DNA of 64,000 nt, from positions 96,001 to 160,000 of the forward strand of contig RDOB01000003.1 in assembly GCA_011364965.1 (NCBI GenBank). Reading direction: 5' to 3'. Origin of the DNA: Candidatus Heimdallarchaeota archaeon. Lineage in GTDB: Archaea; Asgardarchaeota; Heimdallarchaeia; Hodarchaeales; Hodarchaeaceae. Positions within the stretch are counted from its first letter, which is position 1. The number at the start of each line of letters is the position of its first letter. The position numbers were made by a program, and so were the translations under genes. A model generated the notes under the pieces. That model was not told the origin of the DNA, made no database searches, and saw only the letters and a list, made by a program, of their open reading frames with translations. Below are positions 1 through 10,232 of this stretch, piece after piece.

Positions 1-133
1 TTGATGGATAATCTGGATAAAGAAAGAGGTATAGCTTAACTAAATTGAAGATTTTTTCTGTATTTATATTTCCTGCTCAACAAATTTTTACATTCTTACT
101 CTTATAGGAAAGAAGAATCAATACAAAATTACT

Positions 134-1906
134 TTAAATTTCCTGTCCTGCAAATTGCTTTTCATATAGATTTGTAAAAATCCCTTTTTTGTTTAATAAC
201 TCGTCAAAAGTCCCCATTTCCTTAATTTTCCCCTCTTCAATAACCAAAATTTGATCAACTGATCGAACGGTGCTTAATCGATGGGCAATAATTATGGCAG
301 TTCGGTTTTGTAAAATATTTTGAAGACTTTCTTGAATAACAAGTTCTGTATGAGCATCTACTGATGATGTCGCCTCGTCCAATAGTAGAATTGATGGATC
401 CGCAATAAGTGCCCTTGCAAAGCAGAGGAGCTGTCGTTCTCCAAAAGATAATCGTGATCCTCTTTCTCCCACTTGTGCATCTAAACCTAGTCGGCAAACA
501 AAATCAAAAGCTCCAACTCTTAGAAGTGCTTTCTCGATTTGTTCTTCACTCGCGTCTGGATTACCATAAAGAAGATTCTCCCGAACCGTTCCTGAGAAAA
601 GAAAACTAGATTGGGGAATAATAGAAAGCCATTTTCGATAGCTTGGAATATTATAGTCACGAATATCAACTCCATCAACCAAAATCTCTCCTTGATTAAA
701 GTCATAGAAACGACAAAGCAGATTTGTGATTGTTGTTTTTCCCGCTCCTGTATGGCCGACTATAGCGAATGTAGCTTTAGCTGGAATAGTTAAATCAAAG
801 TTTTTCAGTACAGGAGCTTGATCTGGAACATATGAAAAAGTTAAGTCCTTGAATTCGATGATACCCTGCATTTCAGATATCATTTTATCGCTTCTTGGTA
901 TCACACTCGGTGTTCTATCTAAAATATCAAGAATTCTTTCTGTGGCTGCCATTGAAGAAAGTAAGTCATTGTAGAAATTAGACAACGTCATAATTGGTTG
1001 AGCGAGTCTACTCAAGTAAGATAGAAATGCGACTAATATGCCAACACTTAAAATTCCAGCTCCTATTGATATTCCTCCTACAGATAATACAACTGCTGTA
1101 CCCAAAGCGAGTATTGTATCCATGACAGGAAACATAATAGCAAATAGCATAAGAGCTTTAATACGAGCTTCATAATTATCCAAATTTAGAACTTTGAATT
1201 CATTTGACATAAATTCCTCGGCAGCGAACGCTTTTGAAACCTCAATTCCTGAAATAGCTTCTTGGTAATATCCAGTCACCTTTGCTAAAGCCCTCCTCGT
1301 ACGTTGCCACGCAGAGCGAGCCTTAATCCTGAAATAAACCACGAAAATTGCTAAAATAGGGAATATAATAAGAACAGTAAGAGCCAAAATGGGATTTAAG
1401 TAAAATAAAATGAAGAAGAGAGTTCCTAAAAACATGACATTAACAATCGCATCTATTATTCCTGTCGAAAGAAGATTCAATAACCGCTCAACATCATTCG
1501 TAACCCTAGAAATGATCCTACCTGCAGCCTCCTTATCGTAGAAATCCAAACTGAGCTCTTGTAACTTATAAAACGCATCAGTTCTTATCTGGGTGATAAG
1601 ACGAATGCCAGTAATCGTTGTATAGTAACTAGAAATTACATTTAAAGAAAAAGAAACCACTGAAATCACTAAATATGCTAGCGAGATAAGCTCCAAGCCT
1701 TCCAAGTTCTTAGGCAAGATATATTCATCTATTGCTACAGCTAATATGATAGGTTGGAGAATGGAAAGAATAGTGGAAAAAAACATGGTAATTAGGGCAG
1801 TAATGAAGATTCTAAAATGAGGTTTTGTGTATCCCATTAACCGCGTGAATAATTCCCAATCAGAGTATTCACGAGCCAAATAATCCTTTTTATCTTCATC
1901 ACTCAT
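134..1906 (-). CDS. Heterodimeric ABC exporter subunit (TMD+NBD), TM288-like
   Basis: 6-TM N-terminal domain; Walker A GHTGAGKT, degenerate signature LSFGERQ, Walker B LLLDEAT, H-switch AHR; overlaps partner gene by 4 bp. Confidence 0.93.
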   Translation of the reverse strand: MSDEDKKDYLAREYSDWELFTRLMGYTKPHFRIFITALITMFFSTILSILQPIILAVAIDEYILPKNLEGLELISLAYLVISVVSFSLNVISSYYTTITGIRLITQIRTDAFYKLQELSLDFYDKEAAGRIISRVTNDVERLLNLLSTGIIDAIVNVMFLGTLFFILFYLNPILALTVLIIFPILAIFVVYFRIKARSAWQRTRRALAKVTGYYQEAISGIEVSKAFAAEEFMSNEFKVLNLDNYEARIKALMLFAIMFPVMDTILALGTAVVLSVGGISIGAGILSVGILVAFLSYLSRLAQPIMTLSNFYNDLLSSMAATERILDILDRTPSVIPRSDKMISEMQGIIEFKDLTFSYVPDQAPVLKNFDLTIPAKATFAIVGHTGAGKTTITNLLCRFYDFNQGEILVDGVDIRDYNIPSYRKWLSIIPQSSFLFSGTVRENLLYGNPDASEEQIEKALLRVGAFDFVCRLGLDAQVGERGSRLSFGERQLLCFARALIADPSILLLDEATSSVDAHTELVIQESLQNILQNRTAIIIAHRLSTVRSVDQILVIEEGKIKEMGTFDELLNKKGIFTNLYEKQFAGQEI

Positions 1907-3711
1907 ACTATATATCCCTCCTTGTCTTGTGCGATTCTTTCCAAAGCAAGCTTGATGTCAAGTATACCTGCTTCTTGTGTTTTCCAAAGAAGAGGATAAA
2001 TTTTTCCTGTTTTTATGAGGGTATCATGATTTCCTTGCTCGATGATGTGTCCTTGGGACAGAATAATAATACGATCTACAATTTTTAGGGTACTCAGTCG
2101 TTGAGTAACGAAGATAACTGTAGATTTGATGTCCGAACGATCTAGATATTGCTTAAAAGCGCTTTGAAATTGACTTTCGGTCACTATATCTAAAGAACTT
2201 GTAGCATCATCTAGAATCATTAAAGGTGAGTCTTTCAAAAGCATTCTAGCAATCGCAACGCGTTGTTTTTGGCCTCCAGAAAGTGTTACTCCCCTTTCTC
2301 CAACAATAGTATTCACTCCCTCTGCTAAACTATCGATAAATTCCCTCAACTGAGCCACATTGACAACATCTTGAATAATAGCCTCATCTACCTCTGTTAC
2401 ACTAAAAGTGATATTTTCAGCAATGGTTCGTCCAAAAAGAAAGACATCTTGATGAACAAATCCAATTGCTTTTCTTAATGAATTGAGCTGCAGGTCTCGT
2501 ACATCTACACCATCAATAGTAATTCTACCCTTGGAAACATCATAAAAACGAGGAATTAAATTAATTAAAGTAGTTTTTCCAGATCCTGTTGGCCCCAAAA
2601 TAGCAACTTTTTCCCCAGGATTTATCTGGAGAGAAATATTAGATAAAACCTCTTTTTCATTATAACGAAATGACACATTTTCAAACCGGATTGTAAAAGG
2701 TCTGTTTTGATCTAGAATATGTGGATTTGAAGCTGTAGGAAGTTCTGTTTTCGATTCAAGAAGCTTAAACACTCGCTCACCTGCAGCAGAGACTCTCTGA
2801 TACATAATAAGTGAAAAAGCTAGAAACCGTGTAGGCATTGCCAACATAGTGAAATAAGTAAAAAGTGTGATAAGAAATCCGGGAGAGATACTACCATCAA
2901 TTACTAATGATCCGCCGGCATATATTAATATGGTAATTAAAAGACTTACAATCAATAGAATCATCGGTAAAAAGATTGATCGAATCTTGAATGCATAAGC
3001 TCGGAGATTCATGTAACCAAGGTTCTCTTGATCGAACTTACGTTTTTCTCTCTCTTCTGCATTGAATGCTTTCACTATCTGAGTTCCTGTAACATTTTCT
3101 TGAATCACAGTCGTAAGCTGTCCATATTGCTGTCGAATATCAAAATAAAGAGGGCCTAACTTTGTTGAAACAAAATAAGAGAGAATGAAGAGAGTTGGTG
3201 TAACTATGCCAATGAAAATGAATAAGCGGACATCAATTAGAAATAATACCAAATATATACCTATATACGTGAGACTTGCCTGAACAAGAATTCGTTCGCC
3301 CCAAACTAGGAATTCTGAGATTGGTTCCAAATCCGTTGTGGCTCTAGCCATAAGATCGCCAGTATGATGTTCATCAAAAAATGTTAAGCTTGCAGTCTCA
3401 TATTTTTCGAACAAATTCTTTCGAATTTCATAAATAATTTGCTCTCCCTGTAAATATCCCATATATCGAGCAATAAAATAAGTTAAACCTCGGATTAAGC
3501 TTGCAACCACGATTAGGAGCACGCCAGAAAAAACCAACGCGGTTTTAAATAGATTTTCTTCAATAGAAAACAAGATTTCATCGATAGTGCCCCCAATAAA
3601 TAAAGGAATAAGTAATTCGGCTATTTGAGCTATTGAAATAAAAAGAATAACACTTAATGCCAGCTGTTTTCTTTGCCCAATATATATAAGCAAGTGTTTT
3701 AGTACATGCAC
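1903..3711 (-). CDS. Heterodimeric ABC exporter subunit (TMD+NBD), TM287-like degenerate-site half
   Basis: GPTGSGKT, LSGGQKQ, Walker B ILDDAT (catalytic E to D) and switch TQR (H to Q), the usual degenerate site. Confidence 0.93.
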   Translation of the reverse strand: MHVLKHLLIYIGQRKQLALSVILFISIAQIAELLIPLFIGGTIDEILFSIEENLFKTALVFSGVLLIVVASLIRGLTYFIARYMGYLQGEQIIYEIRKNLFEKYETASLTFFDEHHTGDLMARATTDLEPISEFLVWGERILVQASLTYIGIYLVLFLIDVRLFIFIGIVTPTLFILSYFVSTKLGPLYFDIRQQYGQLTTVIQENVTGTQIVKAFNAEEREKRKFDQENLGYMNLRAYAFKIRSIFLPMILLIVSLLITILIYAGGSLVIDGSISPGFLITLFTYFTMLAMPTRFLAFSLIMYQRVSAAGERVFKLLESKTELPTASNPHILDQNRPFTIRFENVSFRYNEKEVLSNISLQINPGEKVAILGPTGSGKTTLINLIPRFYDVSKGRITIDGVDVRDLQLNSLRKAIGFVHQDVFLFGRTIAENITFSVTEVDEAIIQDVVNVAQLREFIDSLAEGVNTIVGERGVTLSGGQKQRVAIARMLLKDSPLMILDDATSSLDIVTESQFQSAFKQYLDRSDIKSTVIFVTQRLSTLKIVDRIIILSQGHIIEQGNHDTLIKTGKIYPLLWKTQEAGILDIKLALERIAQDKEGYIV

Positions 3712-3954
3712 AAATGTTCCTCTTTATTGAGGTTGAAAAAATTCCTATACTCTCACATAGAGCGAGGAAAAGATATCTAGAGTAATTAAAACAACATTAA
3801 TTCAAGAAATTTATCTATTCGCTTCAAAACAATGCTAGAGGGAATTCTTAAGACACAATTTCTATGCATTAACGATCATCCAAAAACCTTACTACGGAAA
3901 ACAAACAGATTGTGCTTTGAACGGGAGAGAACTCAGCAAGATCGACCAAATTAA

Positions 3955-5160
3955 GTGGTTATATTCTGTAAGATAATTAAACAAAATAATATCAGGATGG
4001 TTTGCATAAAATTGGCCGTGAAGATTCCGTTATTAATACTCTTAGGACTATCCTCAATATTAGCCATGAGTGCTATTGTAACAATTGAAACGAATTACTC
4101 TACGAGATTAATTCAGGGCGAAGATTGTTCAACCTATCACAATGACCTTTTTATTAATCTTTATTCTAATTTAGAACGATTAGGGGTGGAAAAAGATAAC
4201 GGAATCCTCAGTATAATCTTCTCTCCCGCAGCTCCCGAGCTGATCTTTACTGCGGATGTGATCTTGCAAAGAATACCTGAGGCAAGTCAATTAATTCAAG
4301 ATAATATTACTTACAATTTCTCTCCTTTTGTTTATCCGGAAGAACGAATCGCAACATGGAACTTCACAAGACTAAACCAAGCTGATGGGGAATTTTCAGC
4401 GGATATCATATTATCAGTCAAGGTTCCTGATAATTATCGTATCCATCCAGGTTATGAAGCAACATATGCAATAGAATTAAGACACACCCTTGAACCGAGA
4501 GAACTATCAATTTATGAATATATTTTTAGCTTCCAATGGTTTGATATAAATCTCACAAATCAACTCCTTTCTTATTTATCATATTTATTCATTGCATTTG
4601 TTGCGATTCTTGGGATGCCGCGCTTGAATGCACTCATCGAGATATCTACAAATAAAAAGATCTCTAAAAAAACGCTGCAACAATATCATTACAAAGCAGG
4701 AAAATTTAGCGGGATTGTAATATCCCTGCACGTCATTTTGAGCATCATTTCTCCTATGTGGTTAAATATCCTAAAATTATGGATTTTGCCTACTGGATAT
4801 GTTCCTACAAACATTGAGAAAGTTTTGACATTCCAAGACTCAAATTTCGGATTGGAATTAGGACGATGGGCTGGCTTGCTTTTACTTTATACATTTATTA
4901 GTGGTGTAAATTTCGGTTGGATCACCCGTAAAATTGGACGAAATTGGGCATTAAGTCTACAACAACTATCCTATCTTAGCTTGTTTATGATTGCGATACA
5001 TGCATTAATTATTGGAACATTAGCACGAGATATTTCTCTATTTACGGTGTTTATTTGGAGTGTATTAATTATGGTTTTCAGTTTGCGACTTATTCTTTTT
5101 TGGTTTAACAGAGAATTAAAAAATCAACGCCAATTGACTGAGGTTCCCTCCAACTTCTAA
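3955..5160 (+). CDS. Membrane protein: signal/anchor, extracellular domain and C-terminal ferric-reductase-like (heme b) TM domain
   Basis: TM helices carrying His (QYHYKAG, SLHVIL, AIHAL); the real start may be a few codons downstream. Confidence 0.6.
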   Translation: MVIFCKIIKQNNIRMVCIKLAVKIPLLILLGLSSILAMSAIVTIETNYSTRLIQGEDCSTYHNDLFINLYSNLERLGVEKDNGILSIIFSPAAPELIFTADVILQRIPEASQLIQDNITYNFSPFVYPEERIATWNFTRLNQADGEFSADIILSVKVPDNYRIHPGYEATYAIELRHTLEPRELSIYEYIFSFQWFDINLTNQLLSYLSYLFIAFVAILGMPRLNALIEISTNKKISKKTLQQYHYKAGKFSGIVISLHVILSIISPMWLNILKLWILPTGYVPTNIEKVLTFQDSNFGLELGRWAGLLLLYTFISGVNFGWITRKIGRNWALSLQQLSYLSLFMIAIHALIIGTLARDISLFTVFIWSVLIMVFSLRLILFWFNRELKNQRQLTEVPSNF

Positions 5161-5209
5161 GAAGTAATTTTGAGAAAAATTTTTATGATACACTTGAAGC
5201 TAATATTGG

Positions 5210-5872
5210 TTGTCAATGAAACAACTATTTTTTAAATCATTGGGTCTTCCTTTATTTATCTTATATGTCAATCTTGGATTTCTAGTGCTTGAAAGAGAAT
5301 TAACCAACCGAATATGGGTATTAATCCCAATTCTCCTACTAAATGTAATCCTAAGTGCAGATATTGTCATTCGTCCAATTTCCAGACAAAAAGACAGGTT
5401 TAATAGGTTAATATTAGCGGGTTCTTTTCTAATGGTCCCAGTAGGCGTAGTTATTCCTTTTCTTGAATTTGTTCTCTTCTGGGAAGGTGTGTTCCCAATA
5501 CCCCTTTCCATGAGCGTACTTATTATAGGGGGAGTATTAGAATTGGTAGGAGGGATTTTCTTAATAGGAAGTCGGATTCAATTGGGAAAGTACGGAGGGC
5601 CAAAAATTGTCTTGGAAGAAGACCATCGTTTAGTAACTGGGGGATTCTATAGATTTATCAGACACCCCATGTATACAGGTTTTTTATTGTTCTTTTTTGG
5701 ATATTCAATAAGCTTTAGTAGTATCCTGATGACAGGGTTGATCACACTGGTATTATTTATACTTTTCAAGATTAGAATGGACATTGAGGAGGAAATTCTT
5801 CTGCAAAAATTCAATGATGATTATCGCGCTTATATAAAACGAACTCAGCGGCTTTTTCGCTTCATCTATTAG
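5210..5872 (+). CDS. Isoprenylcysteine carboxyl methyltransferase (ICMT/Ste14/PEMT) family protein
   Basis: HRLVTGGFYRFIRHPMY and EE..L...F...Y..Y motifs; multi-TM. Confidence 0.88.
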   Translation: MSMKQLFFKSLGLPLFILYVNLGFLVLERELTNRIWVLIPILLLNVILSADIVIRPISRQKDRFNRLILAGSFLMVPVGVVIPFLEFVLFWEGVFPIPLSMSVLIIGGVLELVGGIFLIGSRIQLGKYGGPKIVLEEDHRLVTGGFYRFIRHPMYTGFLLFFFGYSISFSSILMTGLITLVLFILFKIRMDIEEEILLQKFNDDYRAYIKRTQRLFRFIY

Positions 5873-6134
5873 AAAATTGAAAACTTTGCATTCAAGAAAC
5901 GAGTTGAATTCTCCTCCTAAATGGTGGAATTTCGTTCTTCTACATTTTTTTGTAAGTTTTTATGAGCTCTTGCCTTCATAAACCAAAAATCGCAGGAATA
6001 TTCCCCTTTTTTCTTGCGATTGAATCCTTATCAAACCCCAGTCATTTAATTACCTAGAATTACCATCATAAAAGCATATATAGGGTAGGACACCTTCTGC
6101 ATTTTGAAGAGTTAAACATTTTACTGTCACTGGA

Positions 6135-6773
6135 TTGAGGTTGATGTCAATACAGCAACAAATTGCCGGTTGGGCTGATAAATTACGGGATATTTCTGCA
6201 ACAGGGTCTAAATTTACGAAGAATGTTTATGATAAAGAAAATTATGAAAAAATTCAAAACATCGTTGGTGAAATGCTTACATTTGATCCTTTTAGGAAAA
6301 ATACTGATATTAAATCCATCCCGCTCCCCTATCTTACCCGTCCAGGGCCTTTAATAGGGGGAGATGGAGCTATTATCAACTCCGAAGAAGAAATATTATT
6401 AATTCAAAGAGCAGATAATAGAATGTGGGCAATGCCAGGGGGATTATTAGAGGTTGGAGAAACTCCAGCTGAAGGGGTATTAAGAGAAATTTTTGAGGAA
6501 ACAGGAATTACATGTCAAATTACAAAACTAATAGGAATTTATGATTCTAGACTCTGCGGAACTTCGTCTCCATTTCATATCTATCATCTCCTCTTCTTAT
6601 GTACTCCATTAATGAGAAATCCAATTACCATCCCTAGTCATAAAAGAGAGATAATATCTTACAAATGGTTTAAGGAGGCTTTTTTACCAGAAAGTATTGA
6701 CCCAGGCCACATAACACGAATCCCCGAGGCTTTTCGAACGTGGAAAGGAGAGAAAGAGGCCTATTTTGACTAA
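6135..6773 (+). CDS. NUDIX hydrolase with N-terminal helical domain (YjhB-like)
   Basis: Nudix box PGGLLEVGETPAEGVLREIFEETG; N-terminal WADKLRDISATG...YDKENY. Confidence 0.9.
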   Translation: MRLMSIQQQIAGWADKLRDISATGSKFTKNVYDKENYEKIQNIVGEMLTFDPFRKNTDIKSIPLPYLTRPGPLIGGDGAIINSEEEILLIQRADNRMWAMPGGLLEVGETPAEGVLREIFEETGITCQITKLIGIYDSRLCGTSSPFHIYHLLFLCTPLMRNPITIPSHKREIISYKWFKEAFLPESIDPGHITRIPEAFRTWKGEKEAYFD

Positions 6774-6793
6774 TAACCACAAGGAAGGAGATT

Positions 6794-7528
6794 ATAAAGA
6801 TTTACTCAGAGGAATCATGTTTATGGGTAGGGAATATTCCACTTGAAAACGTAGATTGGGTCTTTGAAACAGAAGAGCTAGTTCAACTTCCACCAGAAAT
6901 CGAATCCAAAAGAAAAATCCATTGGAATAATATACTCAAAGAATTTCCACATATATATGATGGTGATCTTCTCCTATTGAAATCCTTCGAGATCACAAAA
7001 CGGCGCATCGATTTAAAACTTGAACCAACAAAATTCTCAAGAGTAATCATGCATGATAAAGGAAAAATACCGTTTAAATCCTCATTAGGGTGCTTGGGAT
7101 TTCAATGTGTTGTATTAAATAAAAATCGGAACGCATTCCTGATAGGAGAACGAGCTCACACTTCGGATTATAAACCAGGATGGTTAACACTACCAGGAGG
7201 GATTTTTGAACTGGATGATACTAAAAAAACAGTCCATAAAGCATGCTTACGTGAACTAACAGAAGAGATTGCCATAAATGTGAAAATCGAATCTCTCAGA
7301 CTACGAGCAATACTAAGAGAACAAAATAATTTAGGAACAATCTTACTTATCGAAGCTGAAACTGATTCAAATGTACCTAGAGAGAGAATAAAACGAACAA
7401 AAGTAGGAGGGAATGAAGAGTGGGAAAATAATGAATTAGAGTGGATTGATATAGCTGACCTCAACACACTATCCAAACCATTAATGGAAGGAATTACATT
7501 TCTAAAATTAAATCCAATCTACAAATAA
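6794..7528 (+). CDS. NUDIX hydrolase, extended upstream of the listed ORF to a non-canonical ATT/ATA start
   Basis: Nudix box PGGIFE...CLRELTEE; the frame is open 61 codons upstream of TTG 6977 (HWNNILKEFPHIYDGDLLLL) back to AAGGAG-ATT-ATA at 6785-6796. Confidence 0.75.
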   Translation: MKIYSEESCLWVGNIPLENVDWVFETEELVQLPPEIESKRKIHWNNILKEFPHIYDGDLLLLKSFEITKRRIDLKLEPTKFSRVIMHDKGKIPFKSSLGCLGFQCVVLNKNRNAFLIGERAHTSDYKPGWLTLPGGIFELDDTKKTVHKACLRELTEEIAINVKIESLRLRAILREQNNLGTILLIEAETDSNVPRERIKRTKVGGNEEWENNELEWIDIADLNTLSKPLMEGITFLKLNPIYK

Positions 7529-7657
7529 AGAATTCTCTGAATTAATCGGCCTATTGGTTATTATAAAGTGAAGCATACGAAAAAACTGTAATTGTGCATT
7601 TATAACACACGATGAGAGGGGAGATTGAATGAGAATTAGAAAATGAGAGATTAGTTG

Positions 7658-8395
7658 ATGATAATAGTCAGAACACCAGAGGATTTATATCATATTCAAG
7701 GAAAGATTCAGAGAGGTACATTCCAAGGACGCTGGCATTTTGCTTTTGATCAGTAATTTGATAAGAATTATGTTCACTTTGGTACATTACGTGTATTGAA
7801 CGATGATACGCTATCCCCAGGTGCAATTTGGCCCCTACATCCCCATCGCCATAATGAAGTAGTAACCTATATTGTGGAGGGTGAATTTAAACATGCAGAT
7901 GAATATGGAGGAGGAGGAATATTAGAACAGGGATGGGTTCAACATACGACCATAGGAAGGGGTATGTTTCACTCAGAAATAAATAATGACCCAGATAAAC
8001 CGATGCGTTTCATCCAGCTATGGTTCTATCCCGAAAAACTCAATTTAGAACCATCAATCAGACAAAAACAAGTAGAAAAGCAAGAACGGACTAATAGGAT
8101 TTTACCCTTAGTTTCAAATGAGCATACGAATGCCCTCAGAATCCGATCGAACGCACAGGTGCATTCATGTTTTTTAGAAAAGGGAAAAGTAGTAACCTAT
8201 GAATTGAAAAGTACACGAGGGCTTTACTTATGCACCCTTAAGGGAGGAGCAATTCAGGTCAATGATCATGAAATCCCCGAATTCGGGGCTGCAAAGATTC
8301 AAGATGAGAATAAACTACAGATAACAACCCAGTTCGATGTTGAGCTCTTATTTATCGATGTAAGCTTGCAGGAAGAATATATTGGACAATATTAA
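7658..8395 (+). pseudogene. Pirin family protein with an in-frame nonsense codon
   Basis: MIIVRTPED...GRWHFAFDQ*FDKNYVHFGTLRVLNDD then HPH, E..TY, H, HSE cupin motifs; TAA at 7754-7756. Confidence 0.85.
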
Positions 8396-8414
8396 AGATT
8401 ATTATTTCCGTTCA

Positions 8415-9155
8415 TTAGACTTCTTTATGTCCATTAGACCAATCAGTAACGATATCATTAGCTTCCTTGGCATATTCTATAACAGGGGGTTCAAACAATT
8501 CAAAAAAATCGCAATTACTACTTCGAGCAAATATAATCATTTTGGGATAATTACTTGGAAAGACCACACGCCGGCAGTTACGAATAGCTTTGACATATTT
8601 GATAAAAGTATGAAGCTCAACATCAACGAATTCAAGTAAATCAATATTCTCGAAGATGACATATCCCCCATACTCAAGAAGATCATTCTCAGTAACCTGA
8701 ACGGTGGATTGATGACCGATACAAACACGTTTATGACGATTAATCCAGATTTGTTCCAAATCATGGGCACTCAGGCGGGGAAATTTCTTATCCTCACGAC
8801 TAGTTGTAATTTCATTCATCAGGATGGATATTAATTCACCAATTGGTATTTCGAGTCGATGTGCAAGATTGACAAAATCATTATAAACAGATTCATCTAA
8901 TTCACTAAGCAAGAGGGAAAATTCGTTGCCAATAGTTGATACATTCTTTAACCATTGGTCTTGTTGGAGTTTGAAGGTATCTAATTCATTAAGTAAAAAA
9001 TCACGTTCGACCAAAAGGGCATCAAGAAGAGCGATAAGTTCAGATTCTTTCACAACATCAGAATGAATTTTCTCATGGATATCCTGAATCTGTAGAGAAA
9101 GTTTATTCCGCAATTGAGAAAGATTGAGTAGCTGAACGGTCACAAACTCACCCAT
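8415..9155 (-). CDS. Hypothetical protein: coiled coil, RHH-like segment and beta-rich domain; paralog of the upstream gene
   Basis: Likely start MGEFVTVQ at 9155 overlaps the upstream stop; C-terminal half aligns by eye with 9148-9663. Confidence 0.7.
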   Translation of the reverse strand: MGEFVTVQLLNLSQLRNKLSLQIQDIHEKIHSDVVKESELIALLDALLVERDFLLNELDTFKLQQDQWLKNVSTIGNEFSLLLSELDESVYNDFVNLAHRLEIPIGELISILMNEITTSREDKKFPRLSAHDLEQIWINRHKRVCIGHQSTVQVTENDLLEYGGYVIFENIDLLEFVDVELHTFIKYVKAIRNCRRVVFPSNYPKMIIFARSSNCDFFELFEPPVIEYAKEANDIVTDWSNGHKEV

Positions 9156-9663
9156 CGTCAGTGATGATTTCATCAATCTGAAACATTTTGGAAAGGACAA
9201 ATAATTTGGGCAGAGAGGCGGGAATATAGACACGACGACAATGAGAAATAGAACGGATATATTTCTCGAAAACCTCACGGGTAACATCATTAGCAATGAC
9301 AAGTTTATCAATATGAGTAAAAGAAAATCGAGCATTGGATTCCTCAAGATCCCTTTTGGTAATAGTGAGTTCGTTATAATGCGCTATAGAGGCTTTTTGC
9401 ATATGAAACCGTCCAAAAGAAGCACGAGCGGTTAGATCGGGGAAAGCATCATCAAAATCTGCTAACACATCCTCCATCATCTTATTAACAGCATCACCCA
9501 AGTTCAATTCGAGATCACGGACTTTACGGGAAAATTCATCGTAAGTATGAGAATTGACCCCACGAATGGTGACATTCTTAAGTTTAGAGTTAGAAAGCTT
9601 ATAATCATCCTCAGTCTCGCCTTCAGGAGGAGGCAGAGGAGTATCATCATGGTCAGACATCAC
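9148..9663 (-). CDS. Hypothetical protein with ribbon-helix-helix-like N-terminus and beta-rich C-terminal domain
   Basis: VTIRGVNSHTYDEFSRKVRDLELNLGDAVNKMM fits a strand-helix-helix pattern. Confidence 0.7.
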   Translation of the reverse strand: MMSDHDDTPLPPPEGETEDDYKLSNSKLKNVTIRGVNSHTYDEFSRKVRDLELNLGDAVNKMMEDVLADFDDAFPDLTARASFGRFHMQKASIAHYNELTITKRDLEESNARFSFTHIDKLVIANDVTREVFEKYIRSISHCRRVYIPASLPKLFVLSKMFQIDEIITDDG

Positions 9664-9704
9664 ATTTCATACCTTTTTGGATTAGATTAACAAGCTATTG
9701 TTGC

Positions 9705-9740
9705 ATGACATGTCATACTACGCATACTTAAAAAGCTTGC
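9705..9740 (-). promoter_or_regulatory. TATA-like box plus palindromic operator over the predicted TSS
   Basis: Minus-strand TTTTTAAG near 9728-9735; perfect palindrome ATGACATGTCAT at 9705-9716. Confidence 0.5.
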
Positions 9741-10232
9741 GTACATGGTAAAAACTTCATTAGTTACCACGAGCCCCTCCCCCTAATCCTCACGAAAAAT
9801 GCACTAAGAGAAGAGAAAAACGTTGTATCGCCCGAGAGTTAGGGATGATGAGCGTAATGAGGCGGACTAGCAACCATGCAGGCCCATTCGTCATCAGGGA
9901 TGTAGCCGTTGAGGTGACGTGGGTCGTTGTGAAAGTGTGCAAGTTGATGCTTGCGTTCCTCCATATCTATCCGAGAAGGAGCTGCGGAAGTTTCAAATAT
10001 TATTTGTACATTGCGTGTTTCTTGCTCCTATTGTTCGAGAGAAATATTACTCCGAATGCAGTTAGGCAAATAATAGAGCTAATTCCAATTATATATTTTC
10101 TTTCATGCATAGATTTATCAAGTTTAATCCACTTTAATATTAGGGTCTTTAAACGTGATTGCGGAGAGAGTAGTGAACTTCTCGTAGCAATTTCATGTGA
10201 AGATACCTTTTGTATAACATACAAAAAAATGG

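Noticed and set aside
1-39. 3' end of an upstream gene (LMDNLDKERGIA*)
   Set aside because: Too short to support a call.
5210-5872. ICMT-like enzyme as a modifier of the Rab-like GTPase
   Set aside because: The GTPase has no C-terminal Cys/CaaX, the gene is about 51 kb away, and the family is widespread in prokaryotes.
9156-9347. N-terminal 64 aa of ORF 8415-9347
   Set aside because: Overlaps the upstream gene out of frame; the coupled ATG at 9155 is more plausible.
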